From positions 59,312 through 123,311 of the forward strand of contig JAGVGF010000004.1 of assembly GCA_020057295.1 (NCBI GenBank): a stretch of DNA of 64,000 nt, given 5' to 3'. The DNA is from an archaeon. Its GTDB lineage: Archaea; Nanobdellota; Nanobdellia; Woesearchaeales; UBA9642. The translations under genes and the position numbers were made by a program. Below the pieces are notes generated by a model. The model saw only the letters and a list, made by a program, of their open reading frames with translations. It ran no database searches and was not told the origin of the DNA. Below are positions 49,688-60,391 of the stretch, piece by piece. Each line of letters starts with the position of its first letter. Position 1 is the first letter of the stretch.

Positions 49688-50140
49688 ATGGCAAGAAAAT
49701 ATTCAGGAGCAAAAGGCGTTGCAGGCAGTAAGAGACCTATAAAAAAAGTTGTACAATCATGGTCAAGATATGGTGCTAAAGAAGTAGAAATGTTAGTACT
49801 AAAATTGAATAAGGAAGGACAAACACCTTCACAGATAGGGTTACATTTGAGGGATGTTTATGGTATACCAGATGTAAAGACTTTATGTAAAAAGAGCATT
49901 ACACAAATATTAGCTGATAAAAAAGCTTTAAATCCTATGCCAGAAGATCTAATGGCTTTAATAAAGAAATTAACATTAATAAAGAAACATATGGATGAAA
50001 ACAAGCAGGATAATGTTGCTTTAAGAGGCTTACAAATTACAGAGTCAAAAATTCAACGTTTAATAAAATATTATAAGGGAACAGGAAGATTAAGCAAAGA
50101 CTGGACTTATGATGTAAGTAAGGCAAAATTATACGTATAA
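49688..50140 (+). CDS. rps15: Ribosomal protein S15 (uS15; S13e-type)
   Basis: GLHLRDVYGIPDVK...ESKIQRLIKYYKGTGRL. Confidence 0.9.
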   Translation: MARKYSGAKGVAGSKRPIKKVVQSWSRYGAKEVEMLVLKLNKEGQTPSQIGLHLRDVYGIPDVKTLCKKSITQILADKKALNPMPEDLMALIKKLTLIKKHMDENKQDNVALRGLQITESKIQRLIKYYKGTGRLSKDWTYDVSKAKLYV

Positions 50141-50186
50141 ACGTATATTTTTATTTTTTATTTTCTATACTTGTTATAATATTATT

Positions 50187-50450
50187 TTGAAAAAAATGGC
50201 AAAAATTATATGTGACGATGAAATGGTAGAGCTACCGGATAATTCTTCTGCTATGCCTTATGCTGAACAGTTAGGCGTATATTTCGGCTGTCAAGATGGA
50301 AATTGCGGTGTGTGCGATGTAGAGATAGTTGCTGGAGCAGAAAATTTAAATTCATTAACGGATAAAGAAAAAGATTTCAATCTTCTAAAAAATCATAGAT
50401 TATTGTGTCAATGTAAAATTAAAAAAGGCGAAATAAAAATAAAATTATAA
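50187..50450 (+). CDS. Small [2Fe-2S] ferredoxin-like protein
   Basis: C-x4-C-x2-C (GCQDGNCGVC) plus a distal Cys pair (LLCQC). Confidence 0.5.
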   Translation: MKKMAKIICDDEMVELPDNSSAMPYAEQLGVYFGCQDGNCGVCDVEIVAGAENLNSLTDKEKDFNLLKNHRLLCQCKIKKGEIKIKL

Positions 50451-50548
50451 ACTTAAAACTTTCAATCAAAATTTTTGATGTTTTTCTAAAATGTTCGGTA
50501 ATACAAAAATATTTAAATCAGCTGTAAATATTTGAATCTTGTGATTCT

Positions 50549-52000
50549 ATGGAACACTTAATATCAGCAGTTGAAACACCGGATTATGAAGGCTTTAATC
50601 AGTCATTAAAAAGTGGTGCAGAACTATTATTACAAATTCCAAAAAATAAAACTATACGTGTTATAGGACATCTAGATGCTGATGGTATATGTGCTTCTGC
50701 AATAATGATTAATGCATTAATAAAATTAAATCGTAAATATGCCTTAACAACTCTTCCAACAATTACTGAAGAGATATTGTCAGATGTTGTTGAAGATAAT
50801 GAAGAGCATATAATCTTTGTAGATTTAGGATCAGGGAATATTGATACTGTAGGAAAAGTATTATCAAATAAAAAAATATTTGTTCTGGATCATCACCAAT
50901 TACATTCAACAACAAATTATGAGAATATTACACAAATGAACCCTCATATGTACAACATTGATGGATCAAATGAGATATCTGGTTCTGGAGTTGTGTTTAT
51001 GTTCACACAATATTTAACAGATAATAAAAATACTGAAATGTCTCGAATAGCAATAGTTGGAGCGATAGGAGATATACAGGAACGTGATGGATTTAAGAAA
51101 TTAAACAATGATATATTAGATATTGCCATAAAAAATAATTTAATAGAGGTGCGTAAGGGATTAAAGTTTTTTGGTGTACAAACAAAACCTATCTATAAAT
51201 TATTACAATATAGTTCAGACATAATTATTCCGGGAGTTACAGGTTCAGAATCTGGATCAATACATTTTCTACAAAGTATAGGAATAGATCCAAAAACAAA
51301 AAATGGATGGAAGAAAATCGCGGATCTTACAGAGGATGAAAAGAAGAGATTGATAGCAACGATAATAATGAAAAGAGTTGTTAAATCAGGAAGTTCATCT
51401 AGTGACGTGTTTACTAATTCTTATTTACTAATTGGAGAGTTAGATGACGTTCCGTTCCGTGATGCTAAAGAATTTGCAACATTACTTAATAGCTGTGGAA
51501 GATTAAATAAAGCCAGTATAGGTATAGGTGCATGTTTAAATGATAAGAAAATGAAAGAGATGGCAATGCAGAACTTGACTGATTATCGTAAAGAATTAGT
51601 CAATGCATTAAACTGGTACAAAGATAATGCTAATACTGACAGAGTTATTAAGAAAAAAAATTGTATAATCATAAATGCAGAGGATGAAGTTATACCAACA
51701 ATAATTGGAACGCTTGGATCAATATTATCTAAATCACAAGATATACCTCCAAACACGTTTATACTTTCATTAGCGCGTAATCATGATGATACAACAAAAA
51801 TTTCGTTAAGAATTACAGGAAATCCAGATGGGATAAATCTCAAAGAAGTAATCGAATCAATAATACAAAAGATAAATCATGGTTCTTCAGGAGGACATAG
51901 CTTCGCTGCTGGTGCTGTTATAGATACAGACAAAGAAGAAGAATTCTTAAAAGCTTCTCTTGACGTTCTAGAAAGTATAATAATAGAAGAAAAAATATAA
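50549..52000 (+). CDS. recJ: DHH-family phosphoesterase, archaeal RecJ/Cdc45-like (GAN)
   Basis: GHLDADGICASAI, DHH (VLDHHQ), and a C-terminal GGHSFAAGA DHHA1-like motif. Confidence 0.75.
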   Translation: MEHLISAVETPDYEGFNQSLKSGAELLLQIPKNKTIRVIGHLDADGICASAIMINALIKLNRKYALTTLPTITEEILSDVVEDNEEHIIFVDLGSGNIDTVGKVLSNKKIFVLDHHQLHSTTNYENITQMNPHMYNIDGSNEISGSGVVFMFTQYLTDNKNTEMSRIAIVGAIGDIQERDGFKKLNNDILDIAIKNNLIEVRKGLKFFGVQTKPIYKLLQYSSDIIIPGVTGSESGSIHFLQSIGIDPKTKNGWKKIADLTEDEKKRLIATIIMKRVVKSGSSSSDVFTNSYLLIGELDDVPFRDAKEFATLLNSCGRLNKASIGIGACLNDKKMKEMAMQNLTDYRKELVNALNWYKDNANTDRVIKKKNCIIINAEDEVIPTIIGTLGSILSKSQDIPPNTFILSLARNHDDTTKISLRITGNPDGINLKEVIESIIQKINHGSSGGHSFAAGAVIDTDKEEEFLKASLDVLESIIIEEKI

Positions 52001-52076
52001 CTTCACTACTTCTTAGTAACAAATAAACCGTAAACTTTATAAATACTGCTCACTATGTTAATTCTAGTATAAGACA

Positions 52077-52604
52077 TTGTTGGGGGTGTATTATATGGTA
52101 GATAAAAAGGCTTTTTTAAAGGCTTTCATGATAACTTTAGTATTCAGTTTAGGATTTTTAACTAGTAATATTTATGCAAACTTAAACGTTGAACAACCTT
52201 CAAATATTAGTACAAGCAACAGTCCATACACGGATCAAGTTGCAAGCCCAAGCGATTGGGTTAATGAAGGTCAAATTGGCGTGTATAGTAAGAATGTTAT
52301 TTTAGATATTAAAGACGCGCAATGGGCACAATTTACTGACACACATAGCATGGAACCTGTATTAAGTTCAAGAGCTAACGCTATTGAAGTAGTTCCAAAA
52401 AATGTTGATCAAATAAAAGTAGGAGATATTGTATCATACGAGTCAGAATATGCTGACGGATTCATAGTACATAGAGTAATACAAAAAAGTTCAGATGAAC
52501 AAGGAGTATATTTTATTATGAAAGGCGATAATAACGATGCTCAAGATCCAGGAAGAGTAAGATTTAATCAGATAAAAAGAGTTGTAGTAGCAATAGTCTA
52601 TTAA
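52077..52604 (+). CDS. Signal peptidase I (archaeal Sec11/S26B type); the likely start is ATG 52095
   Basis: SMEPVLSSRANAI (catalytic Ser region), VGDIVSY, HRV and GDNN motifs. Confidence 0.8.
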   Translation: MLGVYYMVDKKAFLKAFMITLVFSLGFLTSNIYANLNVEQPSNISTSNSPYTDQVASPSDWVNEGQIGVYSKNVILDIKDAQWAQFTDTHSMEPVLSSRANAIEVVPKNVDQIKVGDIVSYESEYADGFIVHRVIQKSSDEQGVYFIMKGDNNDAQDPGRVRFNQIKRVVVAIVY

Positions 52605-52798
52605 AATAATGACTCAAGGTGTTATATTATGATTACTGAACCATTAAAAGAAAATCCTTATCTTGGTAAAGATGGTCATGATTATCAAACTATAGATGCT
52701 TTAAAACAAGCAAATAGAGAATATGCTGAAAGGATGTACGGAAAAAAAGAAAATCCTTGGAAGTGTATAGAAAAATTAGATTATAAATTGGTGTAACA

Positions 52799-52903
52799 AT
52801 GAAATTAATAAAGAACATTAAACGTAAAGGATTATCAGAAGTAGTGTTCATAGTATTTGGAGCTATAATGATATTAATGACGATAGCTGCGGTGTTACAA
52901 TGA
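52799..52903 (+). CDS. 34-aa ORF with a class-III (prepilin-like) signal-peptide-like N-terminus, not in the ORF track
   Basis: MKLIKNIKRKGLSEVVFIVFGAIMILMTIAAVLQ. Its stop overlaps the ATG of the next gene. Confidence 0.25.
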   Translation: MKLIKNIKRKGLSEVVFIVFGAIMILMTIAAVLQ

Positions 52904-53298
52904 ATGATGAAAATACCATTATTAATAATCTAGAGCATAAAAAGAATCCTCCATTATATACTGTTGTTGATAAATTGTATCATGGCGTAATGGACAACAA
53001 ATTTGTACCTAGTTATTTTAAGAAACATCCAGAATTATCTGCATCTATACTTGCAAATACAGGCACAGTTGCAGTACTTGGAGCTGTACAGAAGGGTACA
53101 GAAATTATTCTGCCACAATTCTATGCTCATAATTTTAAAACATTAGAAGCATTATGTATTGTAGGAATGGTGTGTGTTGCAGTAGCATACAAAAACAAAT
53201 TAGTAGATTTTGTAACTGAACATCCAGTGTATTCTAGCGGAATGGTTTCAACATGGTTAACTAGTATTGGAATGGCATTATACGATCTTAATAAATAA
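52900..53298 (+). CDS. Hypothetical membrane protein
   Basis: Two or three predicted TM helices. Confidence 0.35.
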   Translation: MNDENTIINNLEHKKNPPLYTVVDKLYHGVMDNKFVPSYFKKHPELSASILANTGTVAVLGAVQKGTEIILPQFYAHNFKTLEALCIVGMVCVAVAYKNKLVDFVTEHPVYSSGMVSTWLTSIGMALYDLNK

Positions 53299-53338
53299 TA
53301 TTACAAAACTATATAAATAATTATAATTCTATACATTT

Positions 53339-54256
53339 ATGATTGTTAATGAATTAGAAAGAGATAAAGCGATTATAGCTGGTAAAATTGCCGCTAAGGC
53401 AATACTTTATGGACAATCAATAATTAAACCTGATGTAAATATCGTTGAAGTTCTTGATAAGATTGAAGCATTTGTTAAGGACAATGGTGGGCATATGGCG
53501 TTTCCTGCGCAGGTTGCATTGAATGATGTTGCAGCACATTTTTGTCCTTTGGCTGATGATTCTTTAACATTTAAATCAACAGATATAATAAAATTAGATT
53601 TAGGAGTGCATGTTGACGGAATAATAGCAGATACTGCATTTACTATCGTGTTTAAGGAAGATAATCCTAAATATGATGAATTAATAAATATTAAAAAAGC
53701 TTCAGAAGAAGCATTATCTAATGTACTTAAATATATTCGTCCAGGAATAACGCTTGGAGAAATTGGATTAATTATACAAGAAACTATTGCTCAATATGAT
53801 CTTGTTCCTGTAAGAAATCTTTCAGGACATGGTTTAGGAAGGTATTCCGTACATGAAGATCCTAACATACCAAATTTTGATACTAGAGACAAACGTGAAT
53901 TAGAAGAGAATCAAATAATAGCTATAGAACCATTTGCAACTAACGGTCATGGAATGATATTTGAAAGTACAAATGCGACATTATTTTCATTAAATAACAA
54001 TAAAAATATTAGAAGTAATATTACTAGAGAAATTTTAAAAGATATTCAACCATTCAAAAATTTACCATTCACAACAAGATGGTTAACTCAAAAACATCCA
54101 TTATCTAAGGTACGTTATGCATTAAATGATTTAAAGAATTCTGGAATTATACACGCATATCCTCCATTAATAGAAATGGGCAAAGGAATGGTAGGTCAGA
54201 GCGAACATACAGTAATAGTTAGAGAGAAACCAATAATAACAACATTAAGAGAATAG
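53339..54256 (+). CDS. map: Methionine aminopeptidase (type 2, archaeal)
   Basis: AHFCP...KLDLGVHVDGIIADTAFT...HGLGRYSVHE...IEPF metal-ligand pattern. Confidence 0.9.
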   Translation: MIVNELERDKAIIAGKIAAKAILYGQSIIKPDVNIVEVLDKIEAFVKDNGGHMAFPAQVALNDVAAHFCPLADDSLTFKSTDIIKLDLGVHVDGIIADTAFTIVFKEDNPKYDELINIKKASEEALSNVLKYIRPGITLGEIGLIIQETIAQYDLVPVRNLSGHGLGRYSVHEDPNIPNFDTRDKRELEENQIIAIEPFATNGHGMIFESTNATLFSLNNNKNIRSNITREILKDIQPFKNLPFTTRWLTQKHPLSKVRYALNDLKNSGIIHAYPPLIEMGKGMVGQSEHTVIVREKPIITTLRE

Positions 54257-54290
54257 ATTATATTATTTTCTAGAACAAAAATTTTTATAT

Positions 54291-54842
54291 TTATTTCTTT
54301 GGAATGCCAATATATGCATTAATGAAAGTTTTTCCATGTAATGCTAAACATACAGTTCTATGGCATCCGTCATCAATATCATATCTCTCTTTTAGGTATT
54401 TCTTTTCATCTCTTATAATACCTCCTTGAGTAACGATTGTCGGAATATGTCTATTAAGATAAGGTGCAAATGGCATTATCCTAAATAGGTGATTTAATTC
54501 TCCTTTCACTATCTTATTTGAATTTGTATATATTTGATTTGCAGACCATTTTGTATCTTCAAAAAGTAAATTATCAGCAATATGCCCCATATGAGGCCAA
54601 ACGCCTGTACTAGATATCTTAATTTTACCGAAATACCAATCACAAGATTTATATCTTTTTATTCTATCTTTATCTTTTATACGTTGCCAAAGTTCTTTTT
54701 CAGAATAATTTTTTATATTATTTCTTATCGCGGAATAGACTTTTTTATATTCTGAAATATCATTAATTTCACTGTATCTTTTTTTGAGTTCATTTGCTAC
54801 AATGAATGTTTGCAGAACCTCTTTAATTTTAACTTTTCTCAT
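54291..54842 (-). CDS. Hypothetical protein
   Basis: ORF only. Confidence 0.35.
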   Translation of the reverse strand: MRKVKIKEVLQTFIVANELKKRYSEINDISEYKKVYSAIRNNIKNYSEKELWQRIKDKDRIKRYKSCDWYFGKIKISSTGVWPHMGHIADNLLFEDTKWSANQIYTNSNKIVKGELNHLFRIMPFAPYLNRHIPTIVTQGGIIRDEKKYLKERYDIDDGCHRTVCLALHGKTFINAYIGIPKK

Positions 54843-54868
54843 TTTTTTAATTAGTTATTCTATAATCT

Positions 54869-55090
54869 CTAGAACAAATCTCTTCTAAATCCTTCATCTC
54901 GTTGAAATTCTTTCCTGCCTAAAGGATCTGTAGAACGTGGTAATCTTATAATCTCGTAGCCACAATTTATACATTTAATAATTTCATACATTTTGCCTTC
55001 GTGAGGTTCAAGTTTTATATTGTTACCGTGAGGCTTCTTACAATTATTGCATATATCTTCTAAGTGTTCTTCTCTAACAGCGTGAGGCAT
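54869..55090 (-). CDS. Small zinc-ribbon protein, hypothetical
   Basis: CNNCKK ... CINCG, two C-x2-C pairs. Confidence 0.35.
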   Translation of the reverse strand: MPHAVREEHLEDICNNCKKPHGNNIKLEPHEGKMYEIIKCINCGYEIIRLPRSTDPLGRKEFQRDEGFRRDLF

Positions 55091-55174
55091 ACAGATATAT
55101 GGTGAAATGTTTTTATAAATTTTTGCTATTCTCTATGATATAATAATAACTTTTATAAAAAAACATAGATTCTG

Positions 55175-55888
55175 ATGGTTATGACTAATTTAGTTGGTGT
55201 ATTAAATGATGTTGATGGCGATAGTGGTGTAGATATAGATGATACATTTATACCTGTGCGCAGTCCTTTGATGGAGTATACTAATAAAGTTTTTGGACAC
55301 AGATTACCAAGACCATTCACGGAACACGATTTTGTGATTTATGGGTTAGAACGTATAAAATTATTGTATGATGCTGGTATTACTCGTGAAGATATTTCTA
55401 CAATGTTACAGGTTATGGAATCTGAAGGAGCATTAGAGAATATAATGCCAGATAATTATGCTGTCAGATCATTAAAAAGATTATCTACAAGAAAAGGTAA
55501 AGTATATTTTGTAACATCAAGAGGTAACGGTTTTTACAAGGATGCTAAAGGAATGACTGATAGATGGCTTGTCAAATTAGTTGCTCAACACGAATTTATG
55601 CCAGCAGACACCATATATAATCATAATAAAGAAGAAACTTTAAAAAAATTAAATATTGCAAGATTTTTCGAAGATAATCCTTATTTTGCAATAAGTCTAC
55701 TAGAAAAAGGTGTACCTGTAGTTTTGTTTAATCTCCCAATAAATCATATGAATCCTCATGATAGAGATGTTATATCAGAAAAAGCGTATAAGGAAAAAGT
55801 AGATTTAATTAAACGTTTAGACAGTTATAAAGGTAAATTACTTTTTAGAGTGAACAACTGGGAAGATGTGTATAAGCACTTAATGTAG
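55175..55888 (+). CDS. HAD-superfamily hydrolase, 5'(3')-deoxyribonucleotidase-like
   Basis: DIDDTFIP (DxDxT motif I) near the N-terminus; size and layout fit. Confidence 0.5.
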   Translation: MVMTNLVGVLNDVDGDSGVDIDDTFIPVRSPLMEYTNKVFGHRLPRPFTEHDFVIYGLERIKLLYDAGITREDISTMLQVMESEGALENIMPDNYAVRSLKRLSTRKGKVYFVTSRGNGFYKDAKGMTDRWLVKLVAQHEFMPADTIYNHNKEETLKKLNIARFFEDNPYFAISLLEKGVPVVLFNLPINHMNPHDRDVISEKAYKEKVDLIKRLDSYKGKLLFRVNNWEDVYKHLM

Positions 55889-55918
55889 ATATATTATCTT
55901 GTAGAATTTATGACTATT

Positions 55919-58471
55919 TTACTTCTGTTTATCATTGATTTCTCTTAAGAATCGTTCTATAGTTTTGATAACATTTTCTGGCTGTGTATTAAGCATTGAC
56001 GCAGTTTTATTTAATAATTTTTCTTCAGTATAATCGCTTTCTATAGTAGATGTTAATTCAAATTTTTCTGTACTATTCTTCTTAACTATTTTCTTCCATT
56101 TCTGAAATAATTCTTCTACACGTCCAGGAACTTGTTTAGGACTACAGTTAAGTATTTTAGCAACATCCTCTAACGATGTCTCTTTATCATGTATTGTCTT
56201 TTCAGCCGCTAAGCCTGCTGTAAATTCTATTCTTACTATTCCATCTTGTAGTTTTGATGATCTTAATATTTTAATTTGTCCAACATCTCCTGTAATATCT
56301 AAATGTGTACCGCCGCATGCTTCAACATCGAAACCTATAATTTCAACAATTCTTAAATCCTTACCAGGAACTGCTCCACCCTGATATATTCTAAAACCGT
56401 ATTTAGATTCTGCAACGTTACGTTTCATGAAACTCTTATATACTGGAAGATTTTCTCTAACAACTTTATTAGCCACATCTTCTATTTCAGTAATTTGTTC
56501 TTTACTCAAATTCTCATAATGTGTAATATCTAGTCTAGCTTTCTCAAGAGTTTTTGATGCTCCTGCTTGCCATATATGATTCCCTAAAACTCTTTTTGCT
56601 GCACCGTTAAGTATGTGCGTTGCAGTGTGATGCTGTGCTAATTGTATTCTACGATCTAATTCTATCCTCCCATGCACAATTTGACCTTCATGGAAATCAA
56701 CATTTTCTAGCACGTGAATAATTACTATTCCCTGCTTAAATACATCTAATACTTTAGACTTATTTAGCGTGCCTAAATCGTGTAATTGTCCTCCTGATGT
56801 GGGATAAAATGCTGTTTTATCAAGAATTACTTTATAATTATTTTCTGCAATGTCATGAATAATTTTTAATACTACAGACTTAAAGTCTATTAAATCATAA
56901 TGATCAAAATATAATGCTTCAGTTTTTAATCCAGTAACATCATATTGTTTCTCTTTCTTAGTTTGTGTCTTTATAGTATCTACTGCCTTTAATGCATCAT
57001 TTTCATGTTTTTCAGCTACTAATTTATAAAAATTGTCAGGCACAATAATTTTTAGTCCCTGTTTTTTAGCTTCAACAGATAACTCTTCAGGATTAACACC
57101 ATTACTATCGTATAACTCTACAAGTTTATCATTAGTTATTGAATCATTTTTACTTATAATGTTCTTGATTATATTGTTTGCACGTTCTCTGCTCTCATAA
57201 TATTTTTTCTTTTCATAATCTAATATTTCATAAACTTCATTAACTGCATTCTGCAATTCTGGAAATACTGGCTCTAAAAATTGTGCATGCATCCTTAGAA
57301 TTTTTTTAATATCTATCTTCGTAGACCAATCATACTTATCTATAAAATTCATCATTCTTCTAAATATTACTCTCAGATTGTAAAATCCTCCAACATTACT
57401 TGGGAGGCCACCATCCGCAATAGCGAATAATAATGATCTAGAATGTTCTGCAACGCTATAAATTGCAGTCATAGGTAATATTTTATTTTTTAATGTTTCC
57501 ACACTTATACCTACTTTTTCGGCAACAGAATCCCATGCCTTGTTAATATCTTCAACTTCATCAATATTTAACAATGATGCGTAAGGAGCGAATTTTCTGA
57601 ACAATTCTTGATTAAATTCGACTTGTGTACTTTCTTTCAAATATTCTATAACAGTAGGGAATACTGCATCATACAATGTTGCAGTTCCTTGTGAGAACCA
57701 TGCAATTCTTTCCATTCCCAACCCCATATCCAATACTTTAATTTTTAATTCTCTGTCTCCTTCATCGGAATGTTCAAACATCATGTAAACTTGATTAAAT
57801 AATTCAATACCATTACTGAAAAATTCCATGCACGGACCGAAATTTCCTCCACCAGCCCAAGCATCCTCATGAAGTACAAGCTCATCTTTTGATAATCCTA
57901 CGATTTTTGTAACATAATTGTAAATATCCATAAAAAATTGTTCCTGATTCCATTCACTCGGGTTTACGAATGCGTGTTGTCCAATCATTACAAAGCCAGT
58001 ACAATGTGATCCTGTAATTCCTACATTATCAATATCTCCAAACCTTAAGCAGAATTGTGGTATCACTAATTTTTTTGCAGGAGGTTCAACTTCTCCAGAT
58101 ACAACATATGGTTGAAATGCAGCGATACTTGCAATTGTAAAATCTGTAGTAGGATTCCATTTTGCAATAACAGGATATCTATTAATTGATGTATATCCTA
58201 GTTTTGTGAAATGTTCTTTATATTTTTCCCACACTTCAATATATGTCATTGGAATACGTTTAGGATTATTAGAGAATAATGTTACTCCTTTAATACACTC
58301 CGCATCACCACAAACTGTTCTATCATGTGTGGACCAGAAAAATTTTTTACAATGAGAACATTGTGTTCTATGAAAACCTTCTTTCTTTAGAGCGTTAACA
58401 GCATAATACTTCTCAGGACTCTTGCTTGCTTCAAGCTTAAATTCTTTCTTCAATTCCTTATCAGTTTTCAT
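55919..58471 (-). CDS. alaS: Alanyl-tRNA synthetase (archaeal type)
   Basis: Class II core, editing domain HHTATHIL, C-terminal C-Ala domain. Confidence 0.95.
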   Translation of the reverse strand: MKTDKELKKEFKLEASKSPEKYYAVNALKKEGFHRTQCSHCKKFFWSTHDRTVCGDAECIKGVTLFSNNPKRIPMTYIEVWEKYKEHFTKLGYTSINRYPVIAKWNPTTDFTIASIAAFQPYVVSGEVEPPAKKLVIPQFCLRFGDIDNVGITGSHCTGFVMIGQHAFVNPSEWNQEQFFMDIYNYVTKIVGLSKDELVLHEDAWAGGGNFGPCMEFFSNGIELFNQVYMMFEHSDEGDRELKIKVLDMGLGMERIAWFSQGTATLYDAVFPTVIEYLKESTQVEFNQELFRKFAPYASLLNIDEVEDINKAWDSVAEKVGISVETLKNKILPMTAIYSVAEHSRSLLFAIADGGLPSNVGGFYNLRVIFRRMMNFIDKYDWSTKIDIKKILRMHAQFLEPVFPELQNAVNEVYEILDYEKKKYYESRERANNIIKNIISKNDSITNDKLVELYDSNGVNPEELSVEAKKQGLKIIVPDNFYKLVAEKHENDALKAVDTIKTQTKKEKQYDVTGLKTEALYFDHYDLIDFKSVVLKIIHDIAENNYKVILDKTAFYPTSGGQLHDLGTLNKSKVLDVFKQGIVIIHVLENVDFHEGQIVHGRIELDRRIQLAQHHTATHILNGAAKRVLGNHIWQAGASKTLEKARLDITHYENLSKEQITEIEDVANKVVRENLPVYKSFMKRNVAESKYGFRIYQGGAVPGKDLRIVEIIGFDVEACGGTHLDITGDVGQIKILRSSKLQDGIVRIEFTAGLAAEKTIHDKETSLEDVAKILNCSPKQVPGRVEELFQKWKKIVKKNSTEKFELTSTIESDYTEEKLLNKTASMLNTQPENVIKTIERFLREINDKQK

Positions 58472-58571
58472 AATTATAGTGTGATAAGATTAGAATTTAA
58501 AAAGTAAATGGTTTTTATTAGTAATCTATTTAAATTCTAGTATTTATTTGTATACTTAGGAAGGTGATACT

Positions 58572-58781
58572 ATGTGTCTTGATAAATTAGCTAAAAAATT
58601 TTCTAAGAATTTGAAATGGTACGATGTATCGTTACTAAAATTATGTGTATTTTTCTTTACATTATTCTTAGTAACAGTATGGCCTGGATTTAGGAATGTA
58701 GTATTTAGTTTTGATTGGTACTGGTATTTGATAATTGGAATTATACTTGCAATACCCTTATTTAAGAAAATGTTTTGGTAA
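58572..58781 (+). CDS. Small membrane protein, hypothetical
   Basis: ORF with two TM segments. Confidence 0.25.
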   Translation: MCLDKLAKKFSKNLKWYDVSLLKLCVFFFTLFLVTVWPGFRNVVFSFDWYWYLIIGIILAIPLFKKMFW

Positions 58782-58822
58782 ATATAAGTTTATAAATAAA
58801 CATTGGTTTCTCTTATCTAAAG

Positions 58823-59248
58823 GTGATATTTATGGCAAGATTTGTTCATACTGAAAAATTTAGTGGACCAAAGAAGTTCAACAGTCATTCAAAAAAATTC
58901 TCAGGAAGAGATAGTGAGAGTTCTAGTAGAAGCAGTTCTCCAAGAAAGTTTACTCGAAGAGATGATGGAGATTCTGGAAGTAGAAGACCTGATTTTCAAC
59001 TTCATAAAGCTATATGTGATGCTTGTGGTAGAGAATGTGACTTACCGTTTAAACCAACAGGAAGCAAACCAATCTATTGTAGATCATGCTTTAGAAAAGA
59101 CGGCCCTCAAGAACCACGAAGAGATTTTGAAAGATCTGATTCAAGATCGAGAGACGATTTTAAGTCTGAACCTAATTTCGATGCTGATAAATTAGATCAA
59201 ATCGAAAAGAAATTAGATAAGATAATGAAGTTCTTAAAGATAAATTAA
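58823..59248 (+). CDS. Hypothetical protein with an R/S-rich N-terminus and a C-terminal zinc ribbon
   Basis: CDACGRECDLPF...YCRSCF. Confidence 0.35.
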   Translation: MIFMARFVHTEKFSGPKKFNSHSKKFSGRDSESSSRSSSPRKFTRRDDGDSGSRRPDFQLHKAICDACGRECDLPFKPTGSKPIYCRSCFRKDGPQEPRRDFERSDSRSRDDFKSEPNFDADKLDQIEKKLDKIMKFLKIN

Positions 59249-59327
59249 TTTTTTTATTCTCTTTACTTGAATATTTTCAAAAAATTTATATACGCATATG
59301 ATTTGTTCTTATTAAATAGTAGTTGGG

Positions 59328-59864
59328 GTGTTATTTATGCAAACTTCAAACTGTCTTGTATTGACACAATCATTCTCTGATAATATTTTTAGTGGATTAT
59401 ATTGGTTTCCATTTCCGCAACATTTAGCCGGTAGAAAATTTGGAACACAAAAAGATTTACAAAATTTTCTGAAAACTTTTGAGCAAGATGGACAACAATT
59501 TTTAGACACGCTTGTTGAAAATCACTTAATGAGTCCTAAAGGAATGACTCGTCTTGTTGGAGATTTTTATTTATCTGCCGCCGAACAATTTGATTCTCTT
59601 CACTATACTGGAAGTTTTCATACTAGTGGGAAAGGTTTGATTGTATTAGATGGAAAATTCTCTTTTAATGGAAGAGAGTTTCCTACTCATGCAGGATATC
59701 AAGGTTTATGTTGTCATACGCCGATATTAGGAGTTCCTGAACATCAAGAAACTCCTAGAAGATATGATGACGAGCATTTGAATAGAGAGCTTGTTCTAAA
59801 ATGTCATGCATGTGATTCAGAAATGTTAAAGATAAGTTTACCAAACACTTTTAATTACAAATAA
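59328..59864 (+). CDS. Hypothetical protein
   Basis: ORF only; ends 2 nt from tRNA-Ala. Confidence 0.35.
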   Translation: MLFMQTSNCLVLTQSFSDNIFSGLYWFPFPQHLAGRKFGTQKDLQNFLKTFEQDGQQFLDTLVENHLMSPKGMTRLVGDFYLSAAEQFDSLHYTGSFHTSGKGLIVLDGKFSFNGREFPTHAGYQGLCCHTPILGVPEHQETPRRYDDEHLNRELVLKCHACDSEMLKISLPNTFNYK

Positions 59865-59866
59865 AA

Positions 59867-59977
59867 TGGACGAGCCGGGATTTGAACCCGGAGCCTTCCC
59901 AATTTTGAAAACGCAAATTCTTAATGTTACTTGCGTAAACGCCAATGGGACGTTATACCGGATTTAACTACCCGCCC
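59867..59977 (-). tRNA. tRNA-Ala with an intron of about 37 nt; the anticodon is GGC or UGC depending on intron placement
   Basis: Acceptor GGGCGGG/CTCGTCC with a G3:U70 wobble (Ala identity), D arm GTTA-AATCCGGTA-TAAC, anticodon stem TCCCA/TGGGA enclosing 44 nt (TTGGCG...intron...T), T arm CCGGG-TTCAAAT-CCCGG, discriminator A. Confidence 0.75.
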
Positions 59978-60038
59978 ATTGATTAAACAGAAAAATGTAT
60001 TGTTTAAAAATCTAATTAAAAAAAATAAAAATAATATT

Positions 60039-60347
60039 TTAGAAATTTTTTGCTAAAGCTCCTACTAGTGGAATTTCTTTCATTTCATCTGATAAACTGT
60101 AGACAATTCCAATTATCCATAAGACAAATAGTGCTATACTAAGTAATGGTCCTAAAATCCAACCTATTATTGGAACCCAACTAAATACTCCGACAATTAC
60201 AAATCCTATGAACAATACTAGTCCTTGTTTTGCATAATGCATTGCATACTTATCGTTTTTTCTTGTTAAATAAACTATTAACCATCCTATTATTGTTAGG
60301 AATATTCCTAAAAATGCAAATAGTTTGCTATCATCATTTTTACCCAT
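60039..60347 (-). CDS. Small membrane protein (three TM helices), hypothetical
   Basis: Hydrophobicity pattern. Confidence 0.4.
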   Translation of the reverse strand: MGKNDDSKLFAFLGIFLTIIGWLIVYLTRKNDKYAMHYAKQGLVLFIGFVIVGVFSWVPIIGWILGPLLSIALFVLWIIGIVYSLSDEMKEIPLVGALAKNF

Positions 60348-60391
60348 AAAACATCACCCAAATGTATTCAAGGCATTACGACTTATAAAGT

